A DNA stretch of 64,000 bases from Camelus dromedarius (Eukaryota), in NCBI RefSeq assembly GCF_036321535.1, contig NC_087437.1, positions 73,534,001 to 73,598,000 of the forward strand. The letters are read 5' to 3'. The stretch's first letter is position 1, and the number at the start of each line of letters is the position of its first letter. Positions 25,950 to 39,174 of this stretch are shown in pieces. The notes under the pieces are model-generated. The model did no database searches. It was not told the DNA's origin and worked only from the letters and a program-made list of their open reading frames with translations. The position numbers and the translations under genes were made by a program.

Positions 25950-28619
25950 ACCCTGTAGCAAGTTGAAATTGATTTAGGTTTCCCTTGCATTTAATTTTAT
26001 AGTTTTCTCTATGTCTTTGTTCCTGTCAGTTGAGTTCTTGTCTGTCAAAGAGAGAGCTCCTCTTAGGTTGAGATCCCCCAGCCTAAAGAGGTAGTAAAAG
26101 CAAAGTAACTTTGAGGCTTTTAATACTGTGTGCAGTAGTGGGATTGCTTCCTACTTCCTCCCATTATGCTGATGTGGGAGTCACACTGGAGCAGTGGTTC
26201 CCAACATTCATGCGTATTTTACTCATGTATTCATTTGGCTTAATTTTTGCTAACTTCTCTGAGGATGGAAGCCATACAATTTCATCATTTTGAATAATGT
26301 CTCCTGATAACGACCACCAAGTGGAGACTTCTTATGTCCCACTCCTCCCTCCCCTTTTTTTTTTTTTTAACCTTTGGCTAAAGATTCATTTTGCATTCGT
26401 CATTTTCAGTACTTTGTTGAAATTCTGCCACTTTCTACTTGATTTGGCTATGCCTCGCTGGGTGGTGGTGGCTACTATTCTTGGACACGAAACCACTATT
26501 ATTCTCCAATCTCTAAGCATTGTTTGGTTTTCTTTCTGTTACTTGTTAGTAAGATACCTGGCTTCTGAAGTGTGCCTCTGGTGTTCTCTCTGCATTGAAA
26601 ACACAGTCGCACTATGTAGTGCTCCTTCCTTGTCATTCTTCAGCCGGACTCTCACAGAATCCTGAGTTCTTCTGAGAATCCTAAAGACAGTAAGTAGTTA
26701 AAAAAAAAGTTCAAAATCATTTCATTTCCTCCTTTTCCTGTGTGCTAGATTAATCCTCTTCCCAGGATATAAAATAAGAGTTTAAATTAATCTTATAGCC
26801 CCCCTTTGAGGAGGGAGTACATTTAAGAAAAGTTTGAGTGTTTCTCTGTAGCTTTAATTACCTGTTGTTACTTCCTACTCATCCCAGTTTCCCAACTCAT
26901 ATAAGGTTAATAAATAAAATTATACACATCAATAAATGTGTAAAATATCTGTGTAAGAAGGAAGTTGTATACTTTATTTTCTTCCTTCCTTAAGACTGAC
27001 CCTAATAGTTACTGTATTAGAATTAGAGAAGATGACCAGCATGTTGGTTTTTTCTTACCTGGAACAGGGCTTTGAACTGTTGAGAGAATGTAGTTGGGAA
27101 GCGAATAGAACGAGTTGCAAGGGCAGTGGCAAAGATCCCAAAGACTGCCTTGGAGGTAACTGGTAAAGATCGGAATTGAAGAAGTCTTGTGGTGTGGTGT
27201 ATTGAGAATCTCAAATTGGAATTAGAAACTTTGCAAAATGTCATCTCAGTGCTTGGAATAAAATGGGGCACCTTTCTAAAGTCATGCTTTGATACCTTTA
27301 GTTGTTTAAAAAGTCATTGATTTTTTGTTTTAGAGAGTATATGATTTTGACAGAGCTAATAGACCATTATAAACGGGCTCAAGCTATTACATGAAATTTC
27401 AAATTATCATAACTATATTTGTGTATAATATTTTCTCAATTTAATACAAGAAATGTACTCCCAGGCAAGGCATAATATATGTAAAGTCTTGAGTCATTGA
27501 GCCTATTAGTAAAGTGCAAAGGAAGGTAGATATTAGTTTTGCTATTAATACTTTATTATTGTTATTGTTTCTTATCATAAGATGTTTCAGAATGAACTGT
27601 TCTATCATAGAAAAACTTAGTTGGAGTCTAGTTAGCCATGTCTCCAACCCTGTCTCCCATACTGATTTTCATGTAAGGTTTATTTACTCCAAATTTAAAG
27701 GACAGATTTCAGAAAAGGAAAGATCTGTGTAAGCACTTAATCTAGAAACTCTTTTGCTTATGTGTCTTGACCCCTTGCTTACAAATGGGAGAAAGGTGTC
27801 CACCTCTCTTCTGATGCATTTGTAAATAAAGAACTGTATGTTCTCAGGTTTCAAATTTTGTGTTGTTGTCTTTATAGCTTGAATTATTAAACATGGTTTA
27901 TGGCTTAATAAAGTTGTTTTTGTAAAATATATTTAGAAAGTTAGTATGGCTGTATCAAAGTAAAAACAAATTAAAAAATAAAGCCTACTACTGTTGATGG
28001 GAGATAAAGCTTAGGGGTCATTTTTGAAAATTGTTTTCCTGCAAGGCAGATAAGCAGATATTACAAATATATTGTAAACACAGATAATTGACAAGTACGA
28101 AAATGATCATATTTAATGTATTTATTTCCCTTTTTTTCCACGAGAACTCCAAGAACCTGGTAGGTGGCAGGTGTCTCATTGCTGTAGGTTGATTAAACTT
28201 TTCCAGTGACTTTTCTAAGATCACTCGTTAAATCCGATAGGGAATCATAATACAAGTTCTTTAAGCAGATTAACCAGGAATCTATGGTTTTCTTTTCTAC
28301 ATGTGGTTGCATTTGCTCTGGCTCTTGTTCCACCATCCCAGACTGAATTACTTCCTCTAACCATTTTGTTTTTGTCACTTTGTCCTCACATTACTGTCCA
28401 AATTCCAGCTAATGTCATCTTTACTCACCTGTCAATTTTAACATGAAAAAACTCTGGCTCATGTAAAGTTATGCAAAGAACCAACAGAGAAGGTCTACTT
28501 ATTAAATGGGTTTTGGCAGAAAAAGTAGAAATTATCTAGTTCTGCCCTCTTATTTATCAGGGGAACCTGATACACAAGTAGCTCTCTCAAGATGACGTAG
28601 CTGGTTAGTGGCAAAGCTA

Positions 28620-28830
28620 AAACAAATAATAGCTAACAGATCAAATATTGTGCTTTTTATAAATCATCTGTAATCTTCAAGCAATCGGCATAGGGCTGGT
28701 ATTAATATTTTCATTTTAAAGATAAGATAATTTAAGTTCAGAAAGGTCCCAGGACTTGGTAAGTCTTGATGCAGAATCCAGACCCAGATTTATTAGTCTC
28801 TGAAGCTTATATGCATTACATTCTACCTCT
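28620..28830 (-). mobile_element. MIR
   Basis: aataatagctaaca...cattttaaagataagataatttaagttcagaaaggt. Confidence 0.55.
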
Positions 28831-30459
28831 CAGTTATTATAATATGATAAATTCTCTTTGTTTCTAGTCTAACTCTGTAATGTCAAGAGCAGGCAATTTC
28901 TCTTATTTGCAAAAATTTAAATTTTAGCCTTAATACATATATAATAATAATAGTCCTATAAAAAAGAATCCATTTAATAAGATTATCTCTTCCAGATAGA
29001 ATTTCTGTATTAGGCAGTAGATAATAAAATAGTTAACGTAAGTATCATTGGTAAAAGAAAATTGCAGTGTAATATAAACAAAGTTTTAATTATTACAACC
29101 AATTAAGCTGAGACAATAACTTAACTGAGAAATGACCAAGAAAACACGGCTAGTACATAATCAAAGCAGGGCCCTCCGCTTGACAGCGTCACAGGACAAA
29201 GCACGGCAAAGATGCATTAGGCCCCATAGAAAGCGAATAGACTTGAGAATGTTTCTAAACCGTTTTCAGGTGAATGGTGTGGGACTTGGGTAGCAGGGAG
29301 ACAGCCTCTTCTGTGTCACCCAGTGACCCTGAAATAAGTGAGCATACTCCTTCTAACTCCAGGCTTTAAATAGGAAATTCGAATTTTCTCACACTTTAGA
29401 ACATTCTTTTCATTCTGATTTGACAAGGCCTCTTTCAAGACAAAAGGAAAGAAAAACAAAACTGGAGGATTCAAACCACTGGACTGTGTGGCCAAGGCAT
29501 AGTGTTCTTCATTTTTTCAAATTCAGGTCATGAGGACAGCTGTTGTATATGGGAGATGGGATTGGTGCAGACTTCTTGAGCGATACTCTGTCAGCTGTAA
29601 AGAACTGCAGCTCTGCTCCCAGCTTGGACGCTGTGGGGTGGGCTTTCTCACCGCTCTGGTTCACAGTGCTGGAGGAACTGTCTTTGTCTTTGACTAGGAT
29701 TCTTGTTTCTCCCCTCCCCACTGATCCCTGAGCCTTAGTGTCAGTCCTGCAGTTGGTGAGAGGCTCAAGGAAAGGCTATTTTAATACAGGAAGGTTATTT
29801 TAATTGAGGTTTATAGTCTACGTGAAGAGAAACCCTCAGAGCAGGTTAAAAGAATCTTTAAATTTAAAGTTATATAATTTTGAATTAATTTAAAATACTG
29901 AGATTCTGTTTCAACTGATTTCTAATGTGAACTTGACTTCTTTCCTAGTTGTAGTCACCTGCTCTGATTCTTGGGTGCCTGTGAACATACACAGTGCTGG
30001 CTCATCACAGGGTAGCCCTTCTGGTGAGCAGGACAATGGGTTCAGTTACAGTGATGACACAGTAACTGGGGTTTTTAACAACCGCTGTGAGAAGTATCTC
30101 CTAATATCTGGCCCTTTACTTGAGAGAAAGCAGAATTATAATGACTGTAAATACAAAAAAAAAAAGAACACATTTCAGTCAGCGTTTAGTACCAAAACTT
30201 CTACTTGGCCTGTGATCCTCAATAAGAATCTCTGGCTAAAATTTATGCAAAGAAGATCATAGATGAAAAATAAAACAGTAATCCCATAACTCCTTTTTGA
30301 AAAGCTCTCATCCATCTTAATTTAAAATTTGTTTCCATTTTAAAATTAAAATGATGAAGCAAAAGTCTGTATCTCTTTAACTCTAAGTTGTTTAATTCTA
30401 CCTGCTACATAATTATGTAATAAGTGGTTGGGAAATATCTGTCTGAGTCAGGATTTTAA

Positions 30460-30680
30460 AGTTAAAAGTAAATACTGAATCCTGGTTTTGCCATTTGCTA
30501 TTGTGTAGCTTTGGCTGTTTGCGTAAGTGCATTAATCTTTGGTCTCCTCATCTGAAAAAGGGGGATAGTAACACCCCAGAGGTGGTTTTGAGAATTTCAT
30601 GAGGTAATATCTCTGAAAAAGCCTAGTGGCTGTTTTGTAGTAGAAAGCTTTTGACATTGTAATGCTTACTGAATTCTTAG
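30460..30680 (+). mobile_element. MIR
   Basis: tgaatcctggttttgccatttgcta...ctcctcatctgaaaaaggggg...gttttgagaatttcatgaggtaata. Confidence 0.65.
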
Positions 30681-31485
30681 AAAACAAAACAAAACATTAA
30701 CTTCACTACGTGATATACAAGGGTTAAGCAACTCATGGTAATCTTTACTTCAAAGAGAACTAAATTCATTTCTGGGGGGAATCACAGGGAGCAAATAGTT
30801 TTCATATTTATTTATTCCCAATTTGAGTTTCTCTCGAGGAAACTTTTCTCTCAGAATTTGACAAGTCAAAACCCCTTTATTGTTAAAACCCGTGAAATCA
30901 ATATTATTTGGCCTTTATTTTTTATTTGTAAGGCTGAACAGATACTCATCTGATCATAAGCTGCCATGGTTTAATGCAACATTTTTTATAAGTCATTAGC
31001 ATTTTCTAAGAAAACTTCATTGTGAAGACAGTTTACTCAATGGCTGTAATAGATTAGTGGTTCTTAACTTTTTCTGCTTAAACCCTCCTGAATGATAGGA
31101 GATACGCTGTCAATAACAATACTTCACTATGGCAACGATTATTTATGAAATGATGATAGAGGCACCTACCAGGTATATTGAAATTTGGAGAAATTATCAT
31201 TGGGAGAAGCCCTTCCTACATGCTAATAATCTCTTTTACCATTTCCTTTTTCCATCTGTTGAATAATATGCCAAGACTGGCCATATAAGTGGCCAATAAA
31301 TTCCAGGGTTTGTGATCTAGAATTTTCTTTTGTTCTTCTCAATAAGCAAGTATGGAACATCTGTGCCTAAACTGAAGCTATTTTTTCTCAAAGTAAAACA
31401 CAGGAAACATAGAAGAAGTAGAAAAACCTGTCTGTGCTGCCAAATAATTTGCAGACTGTTCAGAGAAAGTAAGACAAGAACTCAC

Positions 31486-31588
31486 CCTGCGACTACTGAA
31501 CAGTATCAGAAGTCTCCAGATGAGCTCAGGAGTGTGTTTGACAGTGTGTAAGTGAACACTGATAGGCCGCCTTGTACAGGAACGATTA
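31486..31588 (-). ncRNA. Candidate internal exon (103 nt), minus strand
   Basis: Acceptor cctatattctgtcttgcAG (31590-31589) and donor AGG/GTGAGT (31485). Confidence 0.35.
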
Positions 31589-32744
31589 CTGCAAGACAGA
31601 ATATAGGAGGTGAGTGCTTTGAACAGGTAATTCTGAGTTGGGTTTGAAGGAAGAATATGGTCTAGACTTATCTAATCCCACAGCTAAACAAGTTAAAATT
31701 ACTAGGATGAGTCCTGGAGGCTGGATGAAGCCAGAGCACAAGTGTGACCAGATCTGATGGGAAGCTGGCAGAAATGGGGAAGCCATTTCAGACGAGTCAT
31801 TTGTCCAAGGGTAGGCAGTCTAAGAGATGGGTCAGGGATAGAAGACAGAGCCAGAAACTTAGGCCTTGAGTAAAGGTAGAAATGGCATAGAGGTAGTCAC
31901 AAGGGAGAGAACAGAGAGGGCGTAGGACTTTATCTGAACAGTAGAGAGGCCTAATAAGGTGTTGGCCATGATGTGTTTTGAGGGGGAAGTCCCCCTCGAA
32001 GGAAAAACAGGACAACACTGAAGGACATGAAAGTCATGATCTAGATGGAGAACACCGTGAAGAAAAGTACAGGTGTGGCAGTGCAGGCCACATGCTGGGG
32101 ACACAGAGTAGCTTAGAAGTGTGGAGGAGGAAGTCCTGAGAAATAAGACGGGGCCATTTGAACTCTATGTTTGTATTCTATACGTGGCTTTGATTCATAG
32201 TTGAGAGAGAAATGTTGTAAATTCTTGATCTTCTCTAAGAAGGTAACATTGCCTAAGTTAGCAAGCCTAAGAAGGAGCAGGTGTGGGGGTAGAGATGTGC
32301 CAGGGCATCAACCTCGACTCAGTAATAACCTCTAAGAACATGTTGTTTGGTTAGCTGCCTTCTGCTATACTTTTGGGCTAGATGGATGATTGGCTTTTTT
32401 TCACCACCTGCTTACAAATATTGTATTTTCATTAGAAGGGTGGATAAAATTAAAGGAACAGCTACAAAGTAACCCCTACATGAAAATACAGTATTTTGTA
32501 TCATGAAGAATGTAGGAAATCATGAGCTGACTTATGGTTTGACGTTCTACATTAATCAAAAATTAAATTAATACATTCAGTGGAAACTTCTAAATGCTTA
32601 TTCAGAAGGTGATGTTACTAACCCTCCCAAGCAGGTCCCCAACAAGTGTCCTCTCTGCCCTGTGTCACTTGCACCAGTAGAATGAGACGGAGCTCTGGTT
32701 CAGAAGCAGAGGAGAGCTTTTTTTCTCTGATCAGAGCCTGGAGA

Positions 32745-33025
32745 GGTGCGAGCTCAGGCTCCAGACCACACGCCTCCCCCACCCCGGGGGCCTGGGCGGG
32801 GCTGCTGTCCAGGGATCCCACCTCCTCAGCAGGGAGGGGGGAGGGGCCCGCGCAGCCGCGAGGCTCCTGCTCCAGGCGTCTCTGCACGCGCCCGCCGCCG
32901 CCATCTTGGGTGAGCCCCAGGCGGCGCTTCAGCACACGCTCCCGAGCTGAGGTGTCGGCGCGGCCGTCTGGCACCGGGAGCTCTGGTCTGAAGTGCCGGG
33001 TGCCCGGCCTCAGTGCGCCGTACCC
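32745..33025. promoter_or_regulatory. Small CpG island / candidate promoter
   Basis: Sharp GC and CpG enrichment in AT-rich surroundings; GC box gggcgggg near 32793; YY1 motif cgccgccatcttg near 32896-32908; plus-strand donor GG/GTGAGC at 32910. Confidence 0.65.
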
Positions 33026-33139
33026 TAAGAGCAAGTGAAACTAGAGGAAGCACAAGGGAAAAAAAAGGTTAGACTTTATTTTATTATGTAGTTTGTATTT
33101 TTATTTCCTGGGAATTTCTCCCGGTCTTTGCCCGTGAGG

Positions 33140-33380
33140 ATAACAGAGCAGTAAAACCCAGCATCTGAGAATACACTTCAGTTCCTGGCTTCACCGCTTA
33201 GGAACTATGTACCTCAAACAGAGTCCTTTTTTGGTGCCCCAGTTTGCTCATCTGAAAAATAAGAATAATTATTCTTACATCATAGAGCTTTGGCGAGAAT
33301 GAAATCAGATAATACATTTAAAGAACTTAGAATTTGACACACAGTGCAAGCTCAACAAATGTGCATCTGTTATCATCAGA
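33140..33380 (+). mobile_element. MIR
   Basis: gtgccccagtttgctcatctgaaaaataagaataat...catagagctttggcgagaatgaaat...cacacagtgcaagctcaacaaatg. Confidence 0.8.
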
Positions 33381-34064
33381 TGGGCAGGATCCTTTTTTGA
33401 TTTGTGTGGGAAGAGGTAGTAAGGTCTCAAAGCGGGAGGATTGTATGAGGTCCCTGGGGAGTCTGACCCGCCCTGCAGGGGCCCCCAGCTTCACCAGACA
33501 TTCTGAGTATGGCTCATCACCGTACCTGAGGGGTTCTGTGTGTTTAGACACAGTTATTACATGACTATAGGATGAGTTTCTTAGCATCTAACCGCAAAGG
33601 AATCTAATGCATCTTTAATCCTTAGTGCTCAGCATGGTGCCAAGCACAAAAGCACATAATAATTTCTCAATAAATGACTGTCAAGAAAATGAATAAACAA
33701 TTCAGTGAAGAACAGAATTCCAGTATATGCAAAATTAAATGTGCCATTCACAGAAACAACACTTTGTTTCACTTTCAGATAGCTTTTGCAGTGTTTGACA
33801 CTGAAGACAGCTCTCAGATAAGGGCACATAATGGGAGAACCCCTAAAGGGAGTGAGTACGAAGTTTTCATCAGTTAAGTGGGATGGGGCATCGGATCAGC
33901 ATTAGGCTGATTAAAAAAAGGTTCAGAACTACATATTCAGTGCTTAAGAAGAAGTAATATATTACCCTTTTCAACAGTCTCAGTACTTTGCTTTATAATG
34001 CACATGTGCACACACACACACACACTTGCACAAATACCCCAAAATATCACAGTTAAAATATACC

Positions 34065-34610
34065 TTTAGTAATTTTGGGTAAGTGCTGTATAACAACCTG
34101 CCTCAAAACTTAGTAGTTTAGAACAATGACATTCATTTAGCTCCTGAATCTGCAATTTGGTCAGAGTTTGGCAGGGAGGCTCCTCTGTGTTCCATGCAAC
34201 ACAGCTGGGGCAGCTCTGTTTTGGACTGAAGGTTTCATAGCCAAGATGGTACACTCACATAATTGGCAAGTTCATGCTGGCTGTCATCTGCTTGCCCAGC
34301 CATGCTGTGGGCCAGTGGCCTAAGTTCCTTTCTACATGGAGTCTCTTCATAGACCGTCATCCATTCACAGCATGGTGGCTGTGTTCCAAGGGTGAGCTTC
34401 CTAGGAGAACCAGGTAGAAGCTAGGTTTTATGATCTATCTCCAAAGCATGTAAAGTTAATTCTGTTATAGGTCGCTAGATTCAAAGAAGTCTAGGCACTC
34501 TGTACTTCCCACCCCCAAGCTCCAGAGAAGGAGTGTCAGTGTCTCATTGTAGAAGGTGGTGTGGAATGGGAGATCTTGTTGTGGCCATCTTGGAAAGTAC
34601 AGTTGCTACT
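34065..34610 (-). mobile_element. MaLR solo LTR (MLT1G/H-like)
   Basis: gctgtataacaacctgcctcaaaacttagtagttta at one end and gggagatcttgttgtggccatcttggaaagtaca at the other; reverse complement of MLT1 termini. Confidence 0.75.
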
Positions 34611-34927
34611 TAGAGAAGTGTTAATTCAAGTTCTGAAGGTCCCAGAGTGACAAGAATATTCTGGTATATAGGAAATATTTTTTGGAAGATGCATATTCAA
34701 ATGGAGGAGATATTTTTGTGCAGATTTGGAAAAGATAGATTGATTACATGCAAGAGGTGCCATGATACTTCTCTCTGAAGAAGGTTCCCAACAATATGAG
34801 TAGGACAAAGGGAAGGGGGCATTAGCTAGCTTAGGTAATTTAGCATGGAGAGCTGAGTGTCAGTGACTTAAATAAAGTTAAGAATCCTCACTCTGTCCTC
34901 TTGATGCCAGTGGAAGGTGATACTCTT

Positions 34928-35152
34928 TTTCTTTTTAATTGAGATGTAGTTTATGTACAGTATCACATTAGCTTCAGGTGTACTACATACTGATTTGACA
35001 TTTGCATGCGTCATGAAATGATCATCATAAGTCTAGTTACTATCTGTCTCCATACAAAAGTATTATGGTATTATTGACCACATCCCTTATGCTGTATCAC
35101 ATCCATGTGACTTATTTATTATATAACTGGAGGTTTGTGCCTCTTAATCCCA
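34928..35152 (-). mobile_element. 5'-truncated L1 3' end (L1MA9-like)
   Basis: ttttaattgagatgtagttt...attagcttcaggtgtac...tgatttgacattt...ataactggaggtttgtgcctctt. Confidence 0.75.
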
Positions 35153-37426
35153 AAAGCTGGTATTCTGAACAATCAAGGGCCTTCAGCTATGACTCCTTTG
35201 ATACAGCATGGAGTCTGCATAGGTAGCTAAACCTAGTTTTTCTCTATCTGTGACTGCACAGAATTTTCCATCACAACTAAAAGCTCAGAAAATCCTTAAC
35301 CACCAAATTGAAAGTAGACAGGAAAATCATAGGAAAATCTATATCTGAAGTATGTATCAACATTCTTTGTTATTAAATATTTATTTAGCTCTCACAGGTG
35401 AAATATAAATAATGACTGCAGTTTTCCTTCAAGGCAGATTAGAGTTCCGCTGAGAACAGTATTCAGAAAATCAAACACCAGCTTTGACCTCTATGCCAGA
35501 GGAGAGGTTTTTTTAAAGTGGTTTTTTAAATTATCTATTTTAGGACTTTGCATGGAAACCCAGCAAAATCAGTTTGCTAAAATCTATACTGGCTGGCCCG
35601 GGTGACTTTTCATAGTCTCTGCCTGCGTCTGCTTTATTCACAATTGAACAGCTATTGATTTGTGTAATGAAGTAATAGCATACAAGTAATAGCTTCTCCC
35701 AAAGCCGTTCCCTGTCTAGGATTTGGGGTGGGAAAGAGAGACCAATAACAATACATTTTCTTCTTCAAAATAGATTTGTTACTTTCAGTTTGCTTCTTTT
35801 CACCCAAAGAAGGCAATTAAAGACAAGTTATGATTCAACATGGCAATTATTTTCTCTTCTTAGGGGATGTTAATCTGGCAGACAGAATCTGCCCTGGCCA
35901 AGGAGAGGGTAATCATGGTTGGCCTCTTTACTAGCCTCTGAGAAGTACTCCATCATTCATTTTCCACAATGATATTATTTTAATGGATCCCATATGCTTC
36001 CATAATTTTCTTTTGTTTAATAATTTAGCCTCCTGATGAAAAATCAGGAATAGTTAAATGATGAGGTGTTTGTGACAACCATGTGTACCTTATGTCTGAT
36101 CACTGTTGTCAGGACATGGATAGTTTGACTAGAATGGAAAATGCTCGACCTAAAGAACTGGGAACGTGCAATGGAAGTAGGATTTTCATCTCCTTACCCG
36201 GGCACTTTTATGAATGGAGCTGTGGGCTCATTTACCTAGGAGAGTTGGGCACAGCCCTGGGAGTAGGATCATATGACTGCCAATGTCATTAAGCCTTCTT
36301 GTCACTTATGGATTAGTATCTGATAACTTATTGAGTCTAGATGTCTTCATGTGCAGGATTAAAGGCATTGCTCTGATCACAGCACCTAAATGTCAGTACC
36401 TTCTTAGGCTGCCAGGGCATAGAAATCGTGCAGCTGGGTTATTCTCCGTGACAGTAGGCAGAGACTGAAAACAAACTTGTAGTATTTATTTCAATTCCTT
36501 GCAGTGATAAAAATTCATGGGGTTGAAAGTTGTACATTTTCTGTGAGTTCCACAAGTTCTTTAACCTCTGACCTGGAACTTTTTGAATGTACTTAATAGT
36601 ATGTTTGGAAGCGTGTTCCTAAAGGAGTTATTTTGAAGCTCGGTGTTCTGTCTCTCTGCTTCAAGTTTAATTCTCTTTATATTCTAGGTTCCATTTCTGT
36701 TTTTGAATGACTACCGTTGCTTTCAGAAAAGTCACTGTAACATGTCTTAAGATACTAGTATGACATACCATATAAACAGTTTGCTTTGCATTGTGTATGC
36801 TCCTCTTTCTGAAGAAATGTTAAATGAACCTGTTACATTTTACTTTAAGGAGTTAAGCTTAGAAAAGCCCTTCAAATAGCATGACTTCTTTAGACAGGTG
36901 GTAATTTATTGTTAGGCATCCTGAAATGGTTTGCCTGGCAGAAATAAACATACAATAAAGTGATTCAAAAAGCGTTCAGGTGACTGTTTTGATTCAACAA
37001 ATGACAAGAAAGTTTGAAATTTGAATATTTTGTGAATTGTAGTAGCAACTTTGGCAATTGAAGGGCTATGAAGACAAATCAAATGGAAAGGAGTTCTGAT
37101 TTTAATGTGGAAAATGTGCAGTTATGTAGAAGATACTGAAGGTACTAGAAAAAGACTTCAACAAGGAACTGGAAGTTATGTTTAAATAACCAAGAAGATC
37201 AAGAATACATGATGACTGACAAGTATTAACAGAGCTATTAAAGATGTTTTTGAAGCAAATGCACATGACATATTTCAGTATTTCTTCAATGATTTCAACA
37301 CAATTTTTTTTTTTGTTAACTGGTTGAGTTTTAGCAGATGATATATAAAAAGCCAAAAGGCTACATGGTAAGAAAAGATTTTAAATTATCTAGCTGCCAA
37401 TCTTTTTAAATGCCTTGTGTATTCAA

Positions 37427-37458
<32 letters not shown>

Positions 37459-37496
37459 AAATATATATATATATGTATATGAGAGAGAGGGAATTT

Positions 37497-37533
<37 letters not shown>

Positions 37534-37571
37534 ATATACATACACATATATATATATATATATATATATAT
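37427..37571. repeat. Compound (TA)n/(GA)n/(TG)n microsatellite
   Basis: Seen directly. Confidence 0.95.
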
Positions 37572-37894
37572 CCAGAAAATAAATTGATAAGAAATGTTTT
37601 AACTCACAAGTAAATAAATAAACAAAATGGGGTATTACATTTACCTATATCAGTTAGAACCAGATTCTTCTTTAAGTCATAATTATGCTTATTTATGCTA
37701 TTTTGTTCTAGGAAGGAATGTGAGAAAACACATGTTTATATTGAAGAACCAACACTGTACTTTTCTCCAAAGAGATATTCAAGCAGTAGAAAATTAGGAA
37801 AGACATCAACACAAAGGTCAATATGAATAAGAGTTTAATATTGGAGTAGGGATGTTATAAAGATTAATTTAAATTTTACCTGTCTATTCTGTAT

Positions 37895-38075
37895 CAGTCT
37901 TTCTGAAACTTTGTGGGTGTCAGAATCATTGGAGGAGCTTCTTCAAAATGTTTTTGCTTGGGCTCCACCCTCAAAGATTCTTAAGGCTAGGCTTCAGGAA
38001 TGAGTATTTTTAACATTGTTATTTGCCCCACTATCCAAATGTGGTTCTGATAGCTACCAAGTCTTAGAACTGTTG
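37895..38075. mobile_element. MER5-like MITE
   Basis: tcagaatcattggaggagctt...gggctccaccctcaaagattct...ggttctgat. Confidence 0.6.
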
Positions 38076-38874
38076 GAGCAGATAACATATGTACAATATG
38101 AAAGGAGAACATGGCACTTGAATAGAAGACATTTGTACTTTTAAAAATGTCAGAGCTAATCTAGAGTCACATGAAGCATTTAAAACTCATTTTGATTCTT
38201 TGGTTCACATTTTATTTTTTGTATGTATGTTCTAGAAAATATTCAAAATTGACTTAGATTACGCTTGTATTAATTTATGAAACAACCAAATTATTAGGAT
38301 TGGTAATTCTATGAATGACTTCATTTTAAGCTGTTACACCCTTCTTTTGACTTTGGTGGCGGATGAAAAAAATCATAGCTTTCTGTAGTGATATGCAAAA
38401 ATTTATAAGCATAGAGGTATTTATGTCAAGGAATGGTATTGAAAAACTTCAGGCTTTATGTTACAGCGCTCTAACTTCTCTACAGCTGTATTGGGACTAC
38501 GCTTTTCATTCCTGTCCAACTGGCTCTTTGCTCTCAATTCACTGCATCCTGTTCTGATCTGGTAAGACCTGAAGAAACAAAGGACTTTTAAAAATCTTGC
38601 AGCAGGGCTCATAATGGTGGGAGGAAGTTTAATCCTTTGAAATAGAGACCAATAGTTTGTGGAGGGAATATTGGCTGTGGTTGTGTAGTCCTGATTGGTA
38701 GAAGCGTGGGGAGGAATGGAAGTCTCGAGGTGTGCTCATGTTGTAGGACGGAAGGAAAAGGTTGCTGACTGTAATCATAGGGCCAGGCCACACGTGAACA
38801 AGATGTTGGAGAGGGCTATGTAAAGTCTGCCTTCAGAGATGGTCTGGTGTGTTCAATATTTGTTCAGGCTTCAG

Positions 38875-39070
38875 GGCTAAGCTCTCACCATTTGAATCAC
38901 AGATCTGTCACTTACTAGCTATCTGACCATTGACAAGTCACTTACTTTCTCTGATCATTACTTTCTTTATTGTAAAAGGTGGATAATAATAGTATCTGCC
39001 TCATAAGAGTTTTATGTGGATTCAATAAGTTGGCAACTGTTTTAATCGGGTTAGAGTAAATACTAGATAT
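38875..39070 (+). mobile_element. MIR
   Basis: tgtcacttactagctatctgaccattgacaagtcacttactttctctg...tgtaaaaggtggataataatagtatctgcctcata. Confidence 0.8.
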
Positions 39071-39174
39071 TCCCCAGTGTCCTATATCTTTCGGGGAAGT
39101 AGGAGACATTTGAGATGGAAACACTACCGTTAAAATAAGAATGTCATTCCTATGAGTGGTGCGTTTATCATTAT

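Noticed and set aside
32618..33053. Three overlapping ORFs (138, 130 and 75 aa) as protein-coding genes
   Set aside because: Expected from stop-poor GC-rich DNA; non-ATG starts; no family similarity recognised.
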